NCBI GenBank assembly: GCA_963804605.1
Contig: CAWDRB010000007.1
Span: 107,252-171,251 of the forward strand
Length of the DNA stretch: 64,000 bases
Direction: 5' to 3'
DNA from: an uncultured delta proteobacterium
Lineage (GTDB): Bacteria; Desulfobacterota; Desulfobulbia; Desulfobulbales; Desulfocapsaceae
Shown here in pieces: positions 1 through 11,418 of this stretch. The notes below the pieces were generated by a model, which saw only the letters and a program-made list of their open reading frames with translations, was not told the origin of the DNA and searched no databases. Within the stretch, counting starts at the first letter, position 1. Every line of letters starts with the position of its first letter. Position numbers and translations under genes: made by a program.

Positions 1-5
1 CAAGG

Positions 6-737
6 ATGATTGGAGAGGGCAAAAGGTTGGTTATGGATGAGAAAATACATCGCAACGTTAACCCACTAACAGTTCTGCAGAGATCTCAAATGGACGATGC
101 CGACGATGTTTCGCAACCGTGCAGTCTGGCCAAACAGTCCTGTATCCTCCTGGTGACCAGGGGGAGTCGTCTGGCTGAACCGGTGATGGATTATGCGGTC
201 AATGTAGCTGATCGGATGAAGTGCAAGATATTGGCCTCTTATGTAAATACTTTGCCACTTTTTGGCAACGGCGATGTGTCTCATAAACAATTTGCTTCAG
301 CAATTGAGCAAAACGCTGCTGAATTTAGAGAGAAGGCAAATGCCAGAGGCGTAGACTTTGAGTGTGTTCAGGAGTCAGGTAAAATAAGTAAAATAATCAG
401 CAGATTATGCCGCATTGTTAAGCGAATTGAGTTCGTACTAATTGACCAGGGAATAAAAATTGAAGAGGCGGCTTTTGGTTCACCTGTCCCGGTTTTCAAC
501 ATCGTATGCACCGATACTCGAACAGGAGAGATGATTGAGAATCGGCCGGTAAACACAAAATTGCCGGAAGAAAGACAGCGTGGTTCTCTTTTTAGCAATT
601 TTTTGTCTGCTCTTGGAATAAAAAGTTCCAAAGTTACTGCTGGAAAAAAGGCTGAAAATAAAATCGCTGTAAAATCGGTTGATAAAACGTGGGTTCATAT
701 GAGCAAGAGTTTCGCCACAAAGGAGAAGAAAATCTGA
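6..737 (+). CDS. Universal-stress-protein-like domain protein
   Basis: 243-aa ORF; ILLVT...VMDYAVNVADRMKCKILASYV and RIEFVLID resemble a USP fold; true start may be ATG at 33. Confidence 0.55.
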   Translation: MIGEGKRLVMDEKIHRNVNPLTVLQRSQMDDADDVSQPCSLAKQSCILLVTRGSRLAEPVMDYAVNVADRMKCKILASYVNTLPLFGNGDVSHKQFASAIEQNAAEFREKANARGVDFECVQESGKISKIISRLCRIVKRIEFVLIDQGIKIEEAAFGSPVPVFNIVCTDTRTGEMIENRPVNTKLPEERQRGSLFSNFLSALGIKSSKVTAGKKAENKIAVKSVDKTWVHMSKSFATKEKKI

Positions 738-783
738 CGGACAAAGTTGTGGAAAACGTTCGGAACCAAACCGCGGGCTCACG

Positions 784-799
784 GGGCATGTTCAACGCA
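784..799 (+). promoter_or_regulatory. Possible sigma54 (-24/-12) promoter
   Basis: GG(785-786)-CATGTTCAAC-GC(797-798), canonical 10-nt spacing, about 40 nt upstream of the USP gene. Confidence 0.35.
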
Positions 800-837
800 A
801 AGGAGAAGTCACCTAAAGTGCAGACTCAGGAGCAAAC

Positions 838-1699
838 ATGTGTGCGATGATGGAGTCAATACTGGTAGCTGTCGATGTTTCCCATGTCAGTCGATCTGCG
901 TTCAAACAGGCTTTAGCATTGTCGTCATCGATGCGGGCAAAATTGTTGGTTGTCGGTGTGACCCCTAAATATGAAGGGAATATGAGCCGTCTGAAAATTG
1001 AAGATGCAAATCGACAGCTCAGTGAGCCGTTTCGAAAGAGTGTTGAAGATGTCGCATCCTATGCAGCCTCCCTGGGATTCGAGGTTCAGACCATCCATAG
1101 GACAGGTGAGCCGAGTGAGGAAATAGTTCAGGTGGCAGCGGAACAAGGCGTCGACCTGATCGTTCTTGGCAATGCCAAGCGCTCGAAGGTAGAACTGATG
1201 TTGTTCGGGGGATTGAGCTCGAAAGTAATTGCCGGCAGTCCCTGCGATGTCATGCTGGTGCCGGAAATGTCGGAAGTTCGTTTTGGGAGAATTCTCGTTG
1301 GTATAAATGGCAGCCCTGCAAGTAAAGCAGCCGGACGGCGAGCACTTGACCTGGCCGGGAGTTACGGCAGTGAGGTGCATGCAGTAACTGCTATCGATAT
1401 ATCAACAGATAAGGGCCTCCGCTACGGGGTGTTAAAAGACGCCCGGCAAAAGGGGTTCAAAGCTCTGCAAGCTTTCACCAGGGAAGGTGAGCGGCTTGGG
1501 TTGCAGGTCCTGACCGAGTTGCAGGAAGCCTCTCCAGAAAAATGTCTGACCGGCTATGCACAAAAAAACGATATTCAGCATATCATTCTGGGTTCAACGC
1601 GGCAATTCAGGTGTGAGCGATATCCTTTTAGGCCGTGTGGTTGATCGGGTTGCTGCTTTGGCAACCTGTCCGGTTCAGGTGGTTAAAAGCACTCTCTGA
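838..1699 (+). CDS. Tandem universal stress protein (UspA family), frameshift near 1600
   Basis: ILVAVD, GVDLIVLG, SPCDVMLV, second domain RILVGINGS; the C-terminal LLGRVVDRVAALATCPVQVVK lies in another frame ending TGA at 1699. Confidence 0.85.
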
Positions 1700-1769
1700 A
1701 AGCCAGTGGGAATGTCTCGTGAACCGGATGAGAGGTTAAATAGAATCCTTATAACAAAAGGGGTGAATT

Positions 1770-2051
1770 ATGGAACCGTCAACATTGTTTGTTGAATTCA
1801 TATTAGGCATGGGTGTTGTCCACCTGGTTGGAATGGTATCGGAGCACGTAGCTCAATGGCGGGCAAAGAGTCGTCCCGGGCAGCGTACAACCTCCGGCGA
1901 CGTGGTTAAAAAGAATATTCGCGACGATTGGTACGTCTTCTTCAGTTGCTCCGATCTCTATGGCAAAGAGCCAACGAATAGACAGCAAGAAGTCCAGCCT
2001 GCCGATAAAGTAAAATCCAGCCGTGACCTGCGACCAACTTTGCGAGCTTAA
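1770..2051 (+). CDS. Hypothetical protein with N-terminal hydrophobic helix
   Basis: 93-aa ORF with RBS-like AAGGGG; no family recognised. Confidence 0.45.
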   Translation: MEPSTLFVEFILGMGVVHLVGMVSEHVAQWRAKSRPGQRTTSGDVVKKNIRDDWYVFFSCSDLYGKEPTNRQQEVQPADKVKSSRDLRPTLRA

Positions 2052-2095
2052 AGGTTTGACGTCACGGTCTTACAGGGGTTCGTTCATTTGTACCG

Positions 2096-3630
2096 TCATT
2101 TTGAATGGAACTGCTCCTTTATCGTATCCGTCATAAATGGTGCATGGTTTGAGGTGAAAAACGGTGGATCGTGGCGAAGGATAGCAGCAATTTTCGGGTG
2201 AACGTTTAAAGGTGGTGTCAAGAAAACGCCGTACCTCACCCCTGTTCCAGCCTTTGGGGTGGATGAAATTGCGATAGATTGACAGGTCGCCCTCATAAAA
2301 ATCAGCTGCCTCAAGGTTCGATACTTCCTGGCTGCAGGCGGGCAGGTTGAAGATTGCCAGATTAAGAAAACTGATAGCCTGGTGATGTTTTTCAACAAAA
2401 CTGAGAGTTCGCTCAGCTTCCTCTGGCCCTTCCGAAGGAGTGCCGAACAGGAGATACACATAGGTGGAAATACCGACGTCCTGCAGATTTTCCAGTACCT
2501 TTGCGGCAAGTTCCAGATTGATCCCTTTCTGCATCCTGTTTAAAACCTCCTGATCTCCTGATTCAAGACCAAGCTTCAGCATCCTGCAGCCCGAATCTTT
2601 TAGGCGGCGGCAAAATTGCCTATCGGCAAGCAGTGTATCAATACGGGCAAAGCCATACCAGGTAGCAGGCGGAGGATTCTCCGCCAGGGCCAGTAGGGTT
2701 GACGGACTGATCGCATTATCGAGCAGATGAATAATGACGGGAGAGGTCGTTGCAGTCAGGGTCTGCAGATCGGCCAGAGTGGTGCCCGGTGCGATCTGCT
2801 GATAAGGGTTGTCTTCGCTCGTTTCCGGGCAGAAGCTGCATTTTTTCCAGAAACAGCCAAAAGAACTGGTGTAGGGAAGGACGAAACCGGGTGAAAGGTA
2901 GCTGTTGTTCGCAACATGGCAAAATCAGGCCGTATATGGTTGGCCTTTAGCTCAGTTCCCAGCAATTTGAGCAGCGGACGTTCCCCCCGACCGCCAATAA
3001 GGTGGTCCACCAGCCCACCAAAAGGATTGTGCCATTGTGGCTGGCTCAACCATGTAGTGATCAGGCCACCACCAACAATGACTTTCACTTCTGGGTGCTC
3101 GCTCTGAGGTAACCGATCATCGCAAACGTACACAGGGCCTGACTGAGGTAGTTCAAGGAAAAACCAATGGTGCCGGAATCATTGGCGGCCAGCAGTTCAT
3201 CGAGTCTTCGGCTGAAATACGGGAAAAAAATATTGGCCGTATATTCTCTAGCCGCAAGACGCAGGTCAGCACTTCTTAGCGGCGATTTGGCATTGTCCTG
3301 GTAATTGGCCAGTGACAGCTGCAGGCCATACCCTTTCCCCTCCATTTCCAGGATGCGGTTGATATCCGCTACTGCCCGTTTATATCTGTCTTCATTGCTG
3401 TAGGTTTCTTTCGTCTGCAGTGCCGCAATATTTTGCTGGAGATGCTTATATGCCCTCTTTGACCAAGTGTCCTCCGCCGGTCGAACGGTATTGAAAAGGA
3501 AATATAACCCTTCGATATTCATATCACAGATCGTACACGAATGGCCATGGGTGGTCAGGGCTGCGGAGAGGTAGGCCAATGCCGCCGGCGGCTCGCAGGG
3601 CTTGGTCAGTGGGGGGTGAACGATCAGCAT
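2096..3630 (-). CDS. B12-binding radical SAM protein (several frameshifts)
   Basis: N-terminal LIVHPP..PPAALAYL; CFWKKCSFC (CxxxCxxC) read on the minus strand near 2830-2860; LGLESGDQEVLNRMQKG; YLLFGTP; C-terminal PPFFTSNHAPF; split over ORFs 3085-3630, 2756-3133, 2070-2582, 2096-2509. Confidence 0.85.
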
Positions 3631-3743
3631 GCAGGTTCCCTTATCAATAATATTTCACTTTTTCTGGCTTCTTGTTAAAGGTGTACTATAATGTAGCGCT
3701 GGTTCAAGTTTATAGATCAAAAAAAATCAACTGGATGTGAATT

Positions 3744-4658
3744 ATGACGATGTTTTGCAAAAAATTGGCGCCGATAGTCATGCTGTTTATGGCCTTTACC
3801 TTGCTGGAGGCCGGATTGACGACGGATTACGCTGATGCCAGATCATTTCGTGGCGGCAGGTCTTTTAAAATGGCTCCCAAGGCGCCAAGCCAGAGCGTGC
3901 AGCCGACAAGATCAACGAATAGTGGTGGCTTTGGTCGTGGCTTGGCCGGGGGGCTCCTGGGCGGAGCACTGGGTGGGATGCTTTTTGGCTCCATGTTTGG
4001 TGCCGGGGGCTCCGGCATGGGCATCTTGCCTTTGCTTATTCTGGGGGGGCTTGCCTATTTTTTGTTTAAAAGGTTTTCGACCAAACCACGGCAAAATGGC
4101 TATCAGTCCTATCAGCAAAATCCTGGGCAGCAGAGTCCGTCGAATATGTTCAGCGGGGCATTCGGCAACAGTGCCCAGCCGCCTCCCGCCACGCCGGATA
4201 TCGGCGGTAATCTTTTGACCGAAGGCATTGACCAGATTCGGGAACATGACCGAAATTTTGACCCGGCATATTTTACCGAGGTGGCCTCCGACGTTTTCTT
4301 TAAAGTGCAGGCCGGGTGGATGCGCCGGGATCTTGATTCCTATAAACATCTGCTGGGCGAGCAGCTGGCGGGAGAATATGCCAACCACTTCGAGGAAATG
4401 CGCAGGAAAGGGCATATCAATAAGCTCGAATCCATTGCTGTTCGCAACCTGGAGATTGTCCAGGCGGGAAGTGATGGTCGGGAAGATTTCGTCACTGTCC
4501 TTTTTTCCGCCAACCTGCTGGACTATACCGTAGATGATAAAAGCGGTGAGTTGGTTGAGGGAAGTATGACCAGCCCGGTCAAGTTCGACGAGGAATGGAC
4601 CTGGGCAAGATCGGTTGGGACGGATGACTGGAAGCTGGAAGGCATCAAGGAAGTGTGA
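3744..4658 (+). CDS. Tim44-domain membrane protein
   Basis: Signal peptide, GGRSF, Gly-rich GLAGGLLGG helix, C-terminal FDEEWTWAR...WKLEGI. Confidence 0.85.
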   Translation: MTMFCKKLAPIVMLFMAFTLLEAGLTTDYADARSFRGGRSFKMAPKAPSQSVQPTRSTNSGGFGRGLAGGLLGGALGGMLFGSMFGAGGSGMGILPLLILGGLAYFLFKRFSTKPRQNGYQSYQQNPGQQSPSNMFSGAFGNSAQPPPATPDIGGNLLTEGIDQIREHDRNFDPAYFTEVASDVFFKVQAGWMRRDLDSYKHLLGEQLAGEYANHFEEMRRKGHINKLESIAVRNLEIVQAGSDGREDFVTVLFSANLLDYTVDDKSGELVEGSMTSPVKFDEEWTWARSVGTDDWKLEGIKEV

Positions 4659-4692
4659 TGAGATTGTATCGTTGGTTTTTTCAGCTATAACT

Positions 4693-4733
4693 CTGGTGCT
4701 GCTGCAGTTTACAGGCGGCACCAGCCTTTTTTT
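4693..4733 (+). terminator. Rho-independent terminator
   Basis: CTGGTGCTGC...GCGGCACCAG stem followed by a T-run. Confidence 0.6.
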
Positions 4734-4749
4734 ATAGGAGAGGACGTTT

Positions 4750-5391
4750 GTGGATTTAAGTCAGTTTCGTCGGGAATATTTAATGGGAGGATTGTCTCGT
4801 TCCAATCTTGATAGTGACCCGATATTGCAGTTTACCGAGTGGTTTGATCAGGCTCGAAAAATTGAAATTGCCGACCCGACAGCCATGATTCTGGCCACTG
4901 TGGGTAAAGGTGGTCAGCCGCATCAGAGAACAGTTCTGTTGAAATACTTTGATGAAAAAGGGTTTGTTTTTTTTACCAATTTCGAGAGTAGGAAGGCCAG
5001 GGAAATAAAGGAAAATGCCAACGTCAGTCTCCTCTTTGTCTGGCTTGATCTGGAGCGGCAGGTGATGATTAATGGGACTGCTGCCAAGGTTTCGGCTGCG
5101 GAATCAGCCAAATATTTTATGAGCAGGCCCAAAGAAAGCCAGATGGCCGCCTGGGTCTCAAGTCAGAGCAACGTCCTGTCATCCAGGCAGATGCTGTTGC
5201 AAAAATTTGACGAGATGAAAAGAAAAATTGGCGAAGGAAAGGTGCCGCTGCCATCTTTTTGGGGTGGTTATCGCGTTGAACCCGTTGAAATTGAGTTCTG
5301 GCAGGGACGGAAAAACCGCCTTCATGATCGCTTTCTTTATACTAAAATAGCTGATACGAACGAGTGGACTATCGAACGACTCGCCCCCTGA
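4750..5391 (+). CDS. pdxH: Pyridoxamine 5'-phosphate oxidase
   Basis: RREY, RTVLLK, FFTNFESRK, FWGGYRV, EFWQGRKNRLHDRF, IERLAP. Confidence 0.95.
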   Translation: MDLSQFRREYLMGGLSRSNLDSDPILQFTEWFDQARKIEIADPTAMILATVGKGGQPHQRTVLLKYFDEKGFVFFTNFESRKAREIKENANVSLLFVWLDLERQVMINGTAAKVSAAESAKYFMSRPKESQMAAWVSSQSNVLSSRQMLLQKFDEMKRKIGEGKVPLPSFWGGYRVEPVEIEFWQGRKNRLHDRFLYTKIADTNEWTIERLAP

Positions 5392-5397
5392 TAGTTT

Positions 5398-5826
5398 TTG
5401 GTGTCAAGGAGGGTAGAGATTGAAATGAAAATTGAAATCTCGGGGAGACCTGATCCGGACATCTTCCGTGACAGGAAAAAATATGCTCTCTGGTTTGCTT
5501 TCTTTCTCCTGGGGGCATGTGTCGGTGTGGGGATAGCAGTATTTGCTGTCTATTTTGACACGCACCATTACCAGAATTTAGACAATTGGGCTATTGGCAC
5601 TCTGGTTGGATCATCATTGGGTATCACCTGGTTCGGAAACCGACTGCAGGCCTATAAGAAGCTCTACCGGCCCCATCGAGAAAAGCTCGTGGAGCTCCGC
5701 GCCAATCATCCGGCAATAGAGATATATTGCGCTGCGGTGGAAGCAATGGGAAGAGGATTGATACGGGCAGAATATGAAGCATTTATAGAGTACTCAGAGC
5801 GCCATTCCGCAGCTCCTTTTGTCTGA
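5398..5826 (+). CDS. Hypothetical two-TM membrane protein
   Basis: 142-aa ORF with two hydrophobic segments, in operon-like spacing after pdxH. Confidence 0.6.
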   Translation: MVSRRVEIEMKIEISGRPDPDIFRDRKKYALWFAFFLLGACVGVGIAVFAVYFDTHHYQNLDNWAIGTLVGSSLGITWFGNRLQAYKKLYRPHREKLVELRANHPAIEIYCAAVEAMGRGLIRAEYEAFIEYSERHSAAPFV

Positions 5827-5840
5827 TAGATTCAGGCAAA

Positions 5841-6559
5841 ATGAAGAAAAACTCATTATCAGGAGAAAAGGGTGTGTCCCAACGAAAAATCTTTGCCATA
5901 GGTGATATCCATGGCTGCGCTGCGCAGCTCTCCACACTGCTTGGTCGCATACCCTACGACCGAAACAGGGATACGCTGATCTTTCTTGGAGATTATATCA
6001 ACCGTGGCCCGGACACAAGAGCTGTGCTCGATATTCTGCTTGAGCTGAAAGAGAGCTGTGCAGATATCCATTTTCTCAAGGGTAACCACGAGCAAGAGCT
6101 CCTTGAATATAGTGCCTCCGGTCACATGGACTCCCTGCGGGCGCTTCGGGGGATGGGGGTCGAGGCAACGGTTGAGAGCTATGGCGCCAGGGTAAATTCC
6201 CTCACAGGGCTTGTCTGTTTCCCGCTGGAGCATCGCGAATTTCTCCATTCTCTCAAGTTTTTCCATCTGCAGGACGACTATCTTTTTATTCACGCCGATA
6301 TTAACAAAGAGCTGCTTTGTTGTCCATGAAGGAGTCGGAGGGGAGGATGCAACGCTATATTATGGAGACTGGGTTGCTTTCCAGTAGACGGTTAGCCCAG
6401 GAACAGACGACAGGTATTGATACTGTTATCGTTTTTGGCCATATCCCCTTTGCTTCACCACTGGTTCAGGCCGACCGTATTGGTATCGATACGGGTGCTG
6501 TGTACGGCAATATGCTGACCGCAGTAGAGTTACCCGCGCTTCGTTTTTTTCATGCGTGA
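5841..6559 (+). CDS. PPP-family Ser/Thr protein phosphatase / metallophosphoesterase (frameshift near 6320)
   Basis: GDIHG, GDYINRG, GNHE, FIHA in ORF 5841-6329; FGHIP and IGIDTGAVYG in ORF 6317-6559. Confidence 0.9.
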
Positions 6560-9303
6560 GAAGTCTTTCGTATCTCTTGTACTGAAATTGCCTGCCAAAA
6601 ATTGTTCTGCCAGGCGAATCGCAGTGGCGTCGTCGCCCATTATCCCGTCAAGAAATCGGCTGAAACCCAATAGCCGTCCGATCATAATGAGCCGTTCATG
6701 GACGATTTCCTTCGATGCCCCGGCGAGAGTGGCGGTAATAAGGTCTTCTATCACCTTTGTGTAAAACCCATTTTTTTCCAGAACGTGCTGGAGGAAAAGG
6801 GCGCGGCGGTGGCCACGTTCCCGGCCTGCTCCTCCGCCTTTGAAACGAAAACGGATATAGTTGGCATGGGTGTCCCGACCGCAAATCGCATCCAGCATGG
6901 CAAAATGGAATTCAACACGGGCGTTAAGGTTGAGATAGTCCCGGGCCGCCAGGGCGTAATTAAAGGATCCGGCTGGCCTGGGTCCTCGACCACTCAACAT
7001 GGTCTGAGACATGATGTTGCCCATTGCTTCACCATCAGGGTTGGAATGCCAGCTCAGTCCAGGGGTCATCAGCCCGTCACACAGCGCTGCAAGAGGAATG
7101 GAGAGGACATCTTCCCGACCAAGTGGTTTGTGGAAAGCCAGCTGTTTTCTGAGAAAACTCTCTTCTGTCCTTCGCAGTCCCCCGCCAAGGTCGATGACTA
7201 AAAATTGGAAAGGAACGCCAATGTCAAGGGGGCGCAGCAAGCTGCCCGCAAAATCCATGACCATGTCACCGGTATCGAACATGGCCATCACCGCCATTTC
7301 ATGGGAATAACGTATAATGTCGTGCAGGACCGACATTCGAGTAGGGAGAATGTCGACCCGTAAGCATCTGTTAAATTAAGCGGGACAATCAGCTTGCGTA
7401 AGGCCTCCCGTTCAGGGGAGATAGTTTCTGCCCGCAGGCTGGTGAGCAGATCAGTGGCCTTGCCCTTGGCCTGCTCCTTTCGTTTCTTAAAGGCCTTAAA
7501 GGCTGCCTCGCGCACTGATTCCGGGGCCTCGCGCACTGTTCCATCATCTGCATCGAGTATGATCCACTGGTTTTTGACAAGGGTTGTGGACGCGTTCCGG
7601 GTGCCGGTGAGCATGGGGATTCCAAGTTCTCTTGCAACACAGGAGAGGTGATCCGTCGGATTACCTATGTCGATTACAGCGCCGCTGCACTGAGCAAAGA
7701 GATGGGAGGCATCGACGATGCTTTGGGAGAGAACGAGGATAGTCGGCTGTTGATCCAGCTCATTATTCCTCTCCTTATCCAAGGCCACCAAATCGGCCAG
7801 GGAGAGGGCAATGCGCACACAGCCAATGACCTTACCGGAGGAAGCACAGGTGCCGGAGAGCAAGCGTTTCGCCGTATCGTGGGATGGATTACGACGTCCT
7901 TTGGCGGCGAGCCTGAGGGGTCTTGACTGGAGAAGCGATAAGCCGGAGGTGCATGAAAATGCCCATTCAATATCCTGGGCCATGCCCCAGATGTTTTCCA
8001 GAAGTTGCCCATACCGCATCAAGTCATAGATGGTAGCTACATCCAGCAGCGGCTGACTGGCTTCATCGGTAGAAAGTTGTTCCAGTTCGACGCCGCCCTC
8101 TTTTTTTGCGACCTCGCGAACAGTTTTGACTCCTATCTCGGCCTGGTCCATGATTTCTGCTTCGATAGTGCTAATGTCTTGGGTCTTCGCACTTCCCGCG
8201 TCTTTAATTGTTTCTGTTTCAATGGGCAGGACCGAACGTAGGGGCCGGTAAAGATCCGCCGGTGATGAGCCTCCTACTGCCTGGGTACCAAGTCCCGGCA
8301 CACAGCTGATCAGCATCCTGCCATTTTCCGGTTCCGATGGGTCAACGGTAAAAAGGACTCCCGCGCAGTCGACGTCCGCCATAACCTGGCAGAGAACAGC
8401 GAGGTCAATATCCAAAGGAGGGAGGCCCGCATTCACACGATAGGAGATGGCTCTGGCACTGAAACCGCTGGCTAGAACCTCCTTGTAGGCCACCAAGAGT
8501 GATTGGCTGCCAATGACATTGAGGATCGAGGTATACTGTCCGGCAAAAGAACGTTCTACCCCATCCTCGGATACCCCACTGCTGCGTACGGAGATGGCAA
8601 GAGAAGAAGATTTTCCAGGTTGCTGCCCCATCCTTTCCTCGAGGAGATGGTAATTGTTTTCCAAATCCCGGGCCAGGTCGTCCGGCAGCGGAGCATCAAG
8701 GATTTTTCTGGTGATACGGTCGGCGGCGAAGTTGAGATCACTCAGGCCTCGATCCATGTCCCGCAGCAGTCTGCGGATATCCGCGGCAAGTGTTTCCATG
8801 GAAAGAAAACGCCTGGTCCCTGCAGTTGTACAGACAAATCCATCGGGAACCGGCAGGGTCAGCCGTCGCAGTCGGGCCAGGTTAGCAGCTTTTGTTCCAG
8901 CTGTTCCAGCTGCGTCTCTGCGCAGGGTGTCCAGCGGAATGCAATATCCCTCCCGTCTTGTATCCTGAAGCCGGTCAAGGCGAGCGAGGGTCTTTTCCGC
9001 CAGTTGACCATGAAAGCGGTAGAGAGAAGAGTGTGCATCGTTTGACAGGAGGTTGAGGCCATCGACAAGCTCCGCGGTGGTGCTGATCAGCTCTGCTGTC
9101 AGCCGTCGCACCTCGTCGGTCTCTCCCCGGATCAACAGGGTGTCAATTTGGGCAATATTTTCCAGGGCAATACCGTTATTTTCAAGAAAGATACGGAAAG
9201 CATGATAACGAGCCTTGAGGTTATGGATGGCGAAGGCTTCCTTTTGCTCTTTATGATTCTGGAAGGCTTCAATGACTTTTGTGAGAGGATTGACCAATTT
9301 CAT
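6530..9303 (-). CDS. PEP/pyruvate-binding (PEP-synthase-like) protein with phospho-His swivel domain (frameshift near 7330)
   Basis: GTKAANL, VRSSGVSED..SFAGQY, QDIEWA, LQSRPL, TDHLSCVARELGIP; C-terminal YIRFRFKGGGA domain; ATG at 9303. Confidence 0.85.
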
Positions 9304-11300
9304 GACTTTTCTCCCATTTCCTGGCCTTGGGGATGGAGTTGGCGATTTCCTAAGGCTGCCTGCTGGATTTGATTCGGCCGCGGTGCGCAGACTGCGGTGG
9401 GTCGCCGATTTTTTGCTGAAGGACAGGAGAAAGGTATCAGCAAATCGATCAAAGAGTTCCCGGCCCAACTCATCGCTATAGAGGCTGGTATCTCGTTGCC
9501 GGGAGTAGGTGGTCAGGGCTCCAAGGACAAAAAGAGCCGAGCGCAGGACATCTTTTTCTTCAAATTTCATCCGGCCGACAACCAGATCTCCTTTCCAAAA
9601 GACTTTGAAATCCATGGCTCCCAGCACATCGCTGATAAAGAGTGCTCGTCTTTCTCGTCTGGTTTGATCGGCGAGGCCGCCAATAAAACCGGAAGTAGAT
9701 GTAATTGCGGTGCCTATCGCTGGCGAGATGGGCATCAATGACACTGAAATGGTAGCCCAGTCGCAGGCTTAGATTCATATATTGCCGGCTGATGATGGCA
9801 AAAATACCGGACATCTCGGGAGATACGTTGCTCAGTCGTGATGTTCTGGGAATGGAAGAGATGATATCGCGCAAGCCAAGTGTCGGCAACTCCTCGCCTG
9901 TAGCCTGGGGATGACCTCTGCCAAGGACAATGGCGTTCTGCATTTCTTGTTCAAGTTCAAGGAGAGTGGGCTCCACAGGTTTTTCCAGGAAGGGGAAAAG
10001 CCGGGTAACCACGAATTTGTCATTCTCCAGGTATTCCCAGTGCATGATCACGGGAACCCCCATGATTCTTTCCAGGGTCATGGCTGTTTCCGCAAGGGCC
10101 TGGATCTCCTGGGGCAGGATGGTGGCGGAACCACGTCGGAATTGTCCGTGTCGCGGGGGTTGCTGTGTGGCCTCAGATCCATCAGGAAATATCTGCTGCA
10201 TGCTTTTCGGGTTCAATGTCGAAGAGACGAAATCAAAGGGGAATATGCGTCGTAAATGGTGGATATCCATCTCCTGTCGATGACCGGGGAGCCATGAAGT
10301 GACAGTCAACATTGGTGTGGCAGTCTTGATAGTTGCTCGGGTTGTGATAGTGCCGCGGGCGAGAGCGTTGGACGCTGTCCGAAGAAAGAGTGCAAATTGA
10401 GGATCGGTGTCAGGGTAAAGAGTGCGACATCGTTTTGCGACGATATCGATGATACGGATAATCCCTTTAAGGAAAAGTTCTTCGTGGGAGGTCTCTTTGG
10501 TATCTCTTGAAATGGTTTCTTGTGGTGATGGTGAGCTTGGACTGGGACTGCCGGTTGCCTGTTTCAAGGGGAAGGGCATCGTCTGACAGCACGACCAAGC
10601 TGTTGTTGTCGTCTTCTTTAAGCAAAAATTCACCAAGATCCCGGAGGTCACCTGGTTGGCCATTAAGACGGGTGGCAGAGATTGACAGCAGTGGGCTGCG
10701 GTGTTCTGTCAGCATTGGCTGCAGAGAGTTGCTGAGACTTCCGGTTACTAGTTGGCAAGACACTTCTGTATCTGATGGGGTCGAGGAGGTTGTTCTGTTC
10801 AGTATAGCCCGAACGGCATCACTGGAAATTACCAGGCCGTCACGTGCTTTGATTCCAGGATGGTGGCGCAGCTCAGCAAGGCAGACAAGATCAATGCCTA
10901 CCAGCGGTTCAAGCTCCCAGCTCAGGGAATCAAGGGGGAGAACCGGAGGACAGGAGAGGGCCTTGGTGTTGCCGGCAAGGATGTCATCGAGAATGACCCG
11001 GATCTCCTGGTAACGGTCATAAAGCGGGATATAACCATTATTGGTCAGGGCATTAAGATTGTAGGTAACGTGGTGGACATGACTGGCAATGGTACGGACC
11101 GAATTTTCCAGAAAGTTTCGGTCGAAGATATATTCTCCACCAAGGGCGCGGTCCATGGCGGAGATCTGCTCAAATACCAGGGTGTTAAGCTGAAGGATCT
11201 TTCTGAAATTATTGAAGAGAGCCTTGACCCGCCAGATATCAATTTCCTGTGTTCCGCTCGCGGGTTGATACATTTTGTTACGGAAGAGGTGGCGCCACAT
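9300..11300 (-). CDS. Degenerate PEP-synthase-like paralogue (frameshifted; His domain apparently missing)
   Basis: MDRALGGEYIFD N-terminus, MHWEY remnant, C-terminal LSLRLGYHFSVIDA..NYIYFRF/GGLAD..RRERRA; split over three frames. Confidence 0.65.
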
Positions 11301-11418
11301 GCCTGCTTCTCCTGCCTGATACTGTCTGTTGACCGGGTTTAGGACCGGAGAAATTGAAACAGAGAATCCATCCTATACGGTTTTCTTCGTTTTTCCAATG
11401 GCTGGCCCCCTGATATTA

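Noticed and set aside
7288-9744. 818-aa ORF as a single protein
   Set aside because: It joins the C-terminus of the upstream paralogue to the gene starting at 9303. An ATGA overlap there suggests two genes merged by an indel.
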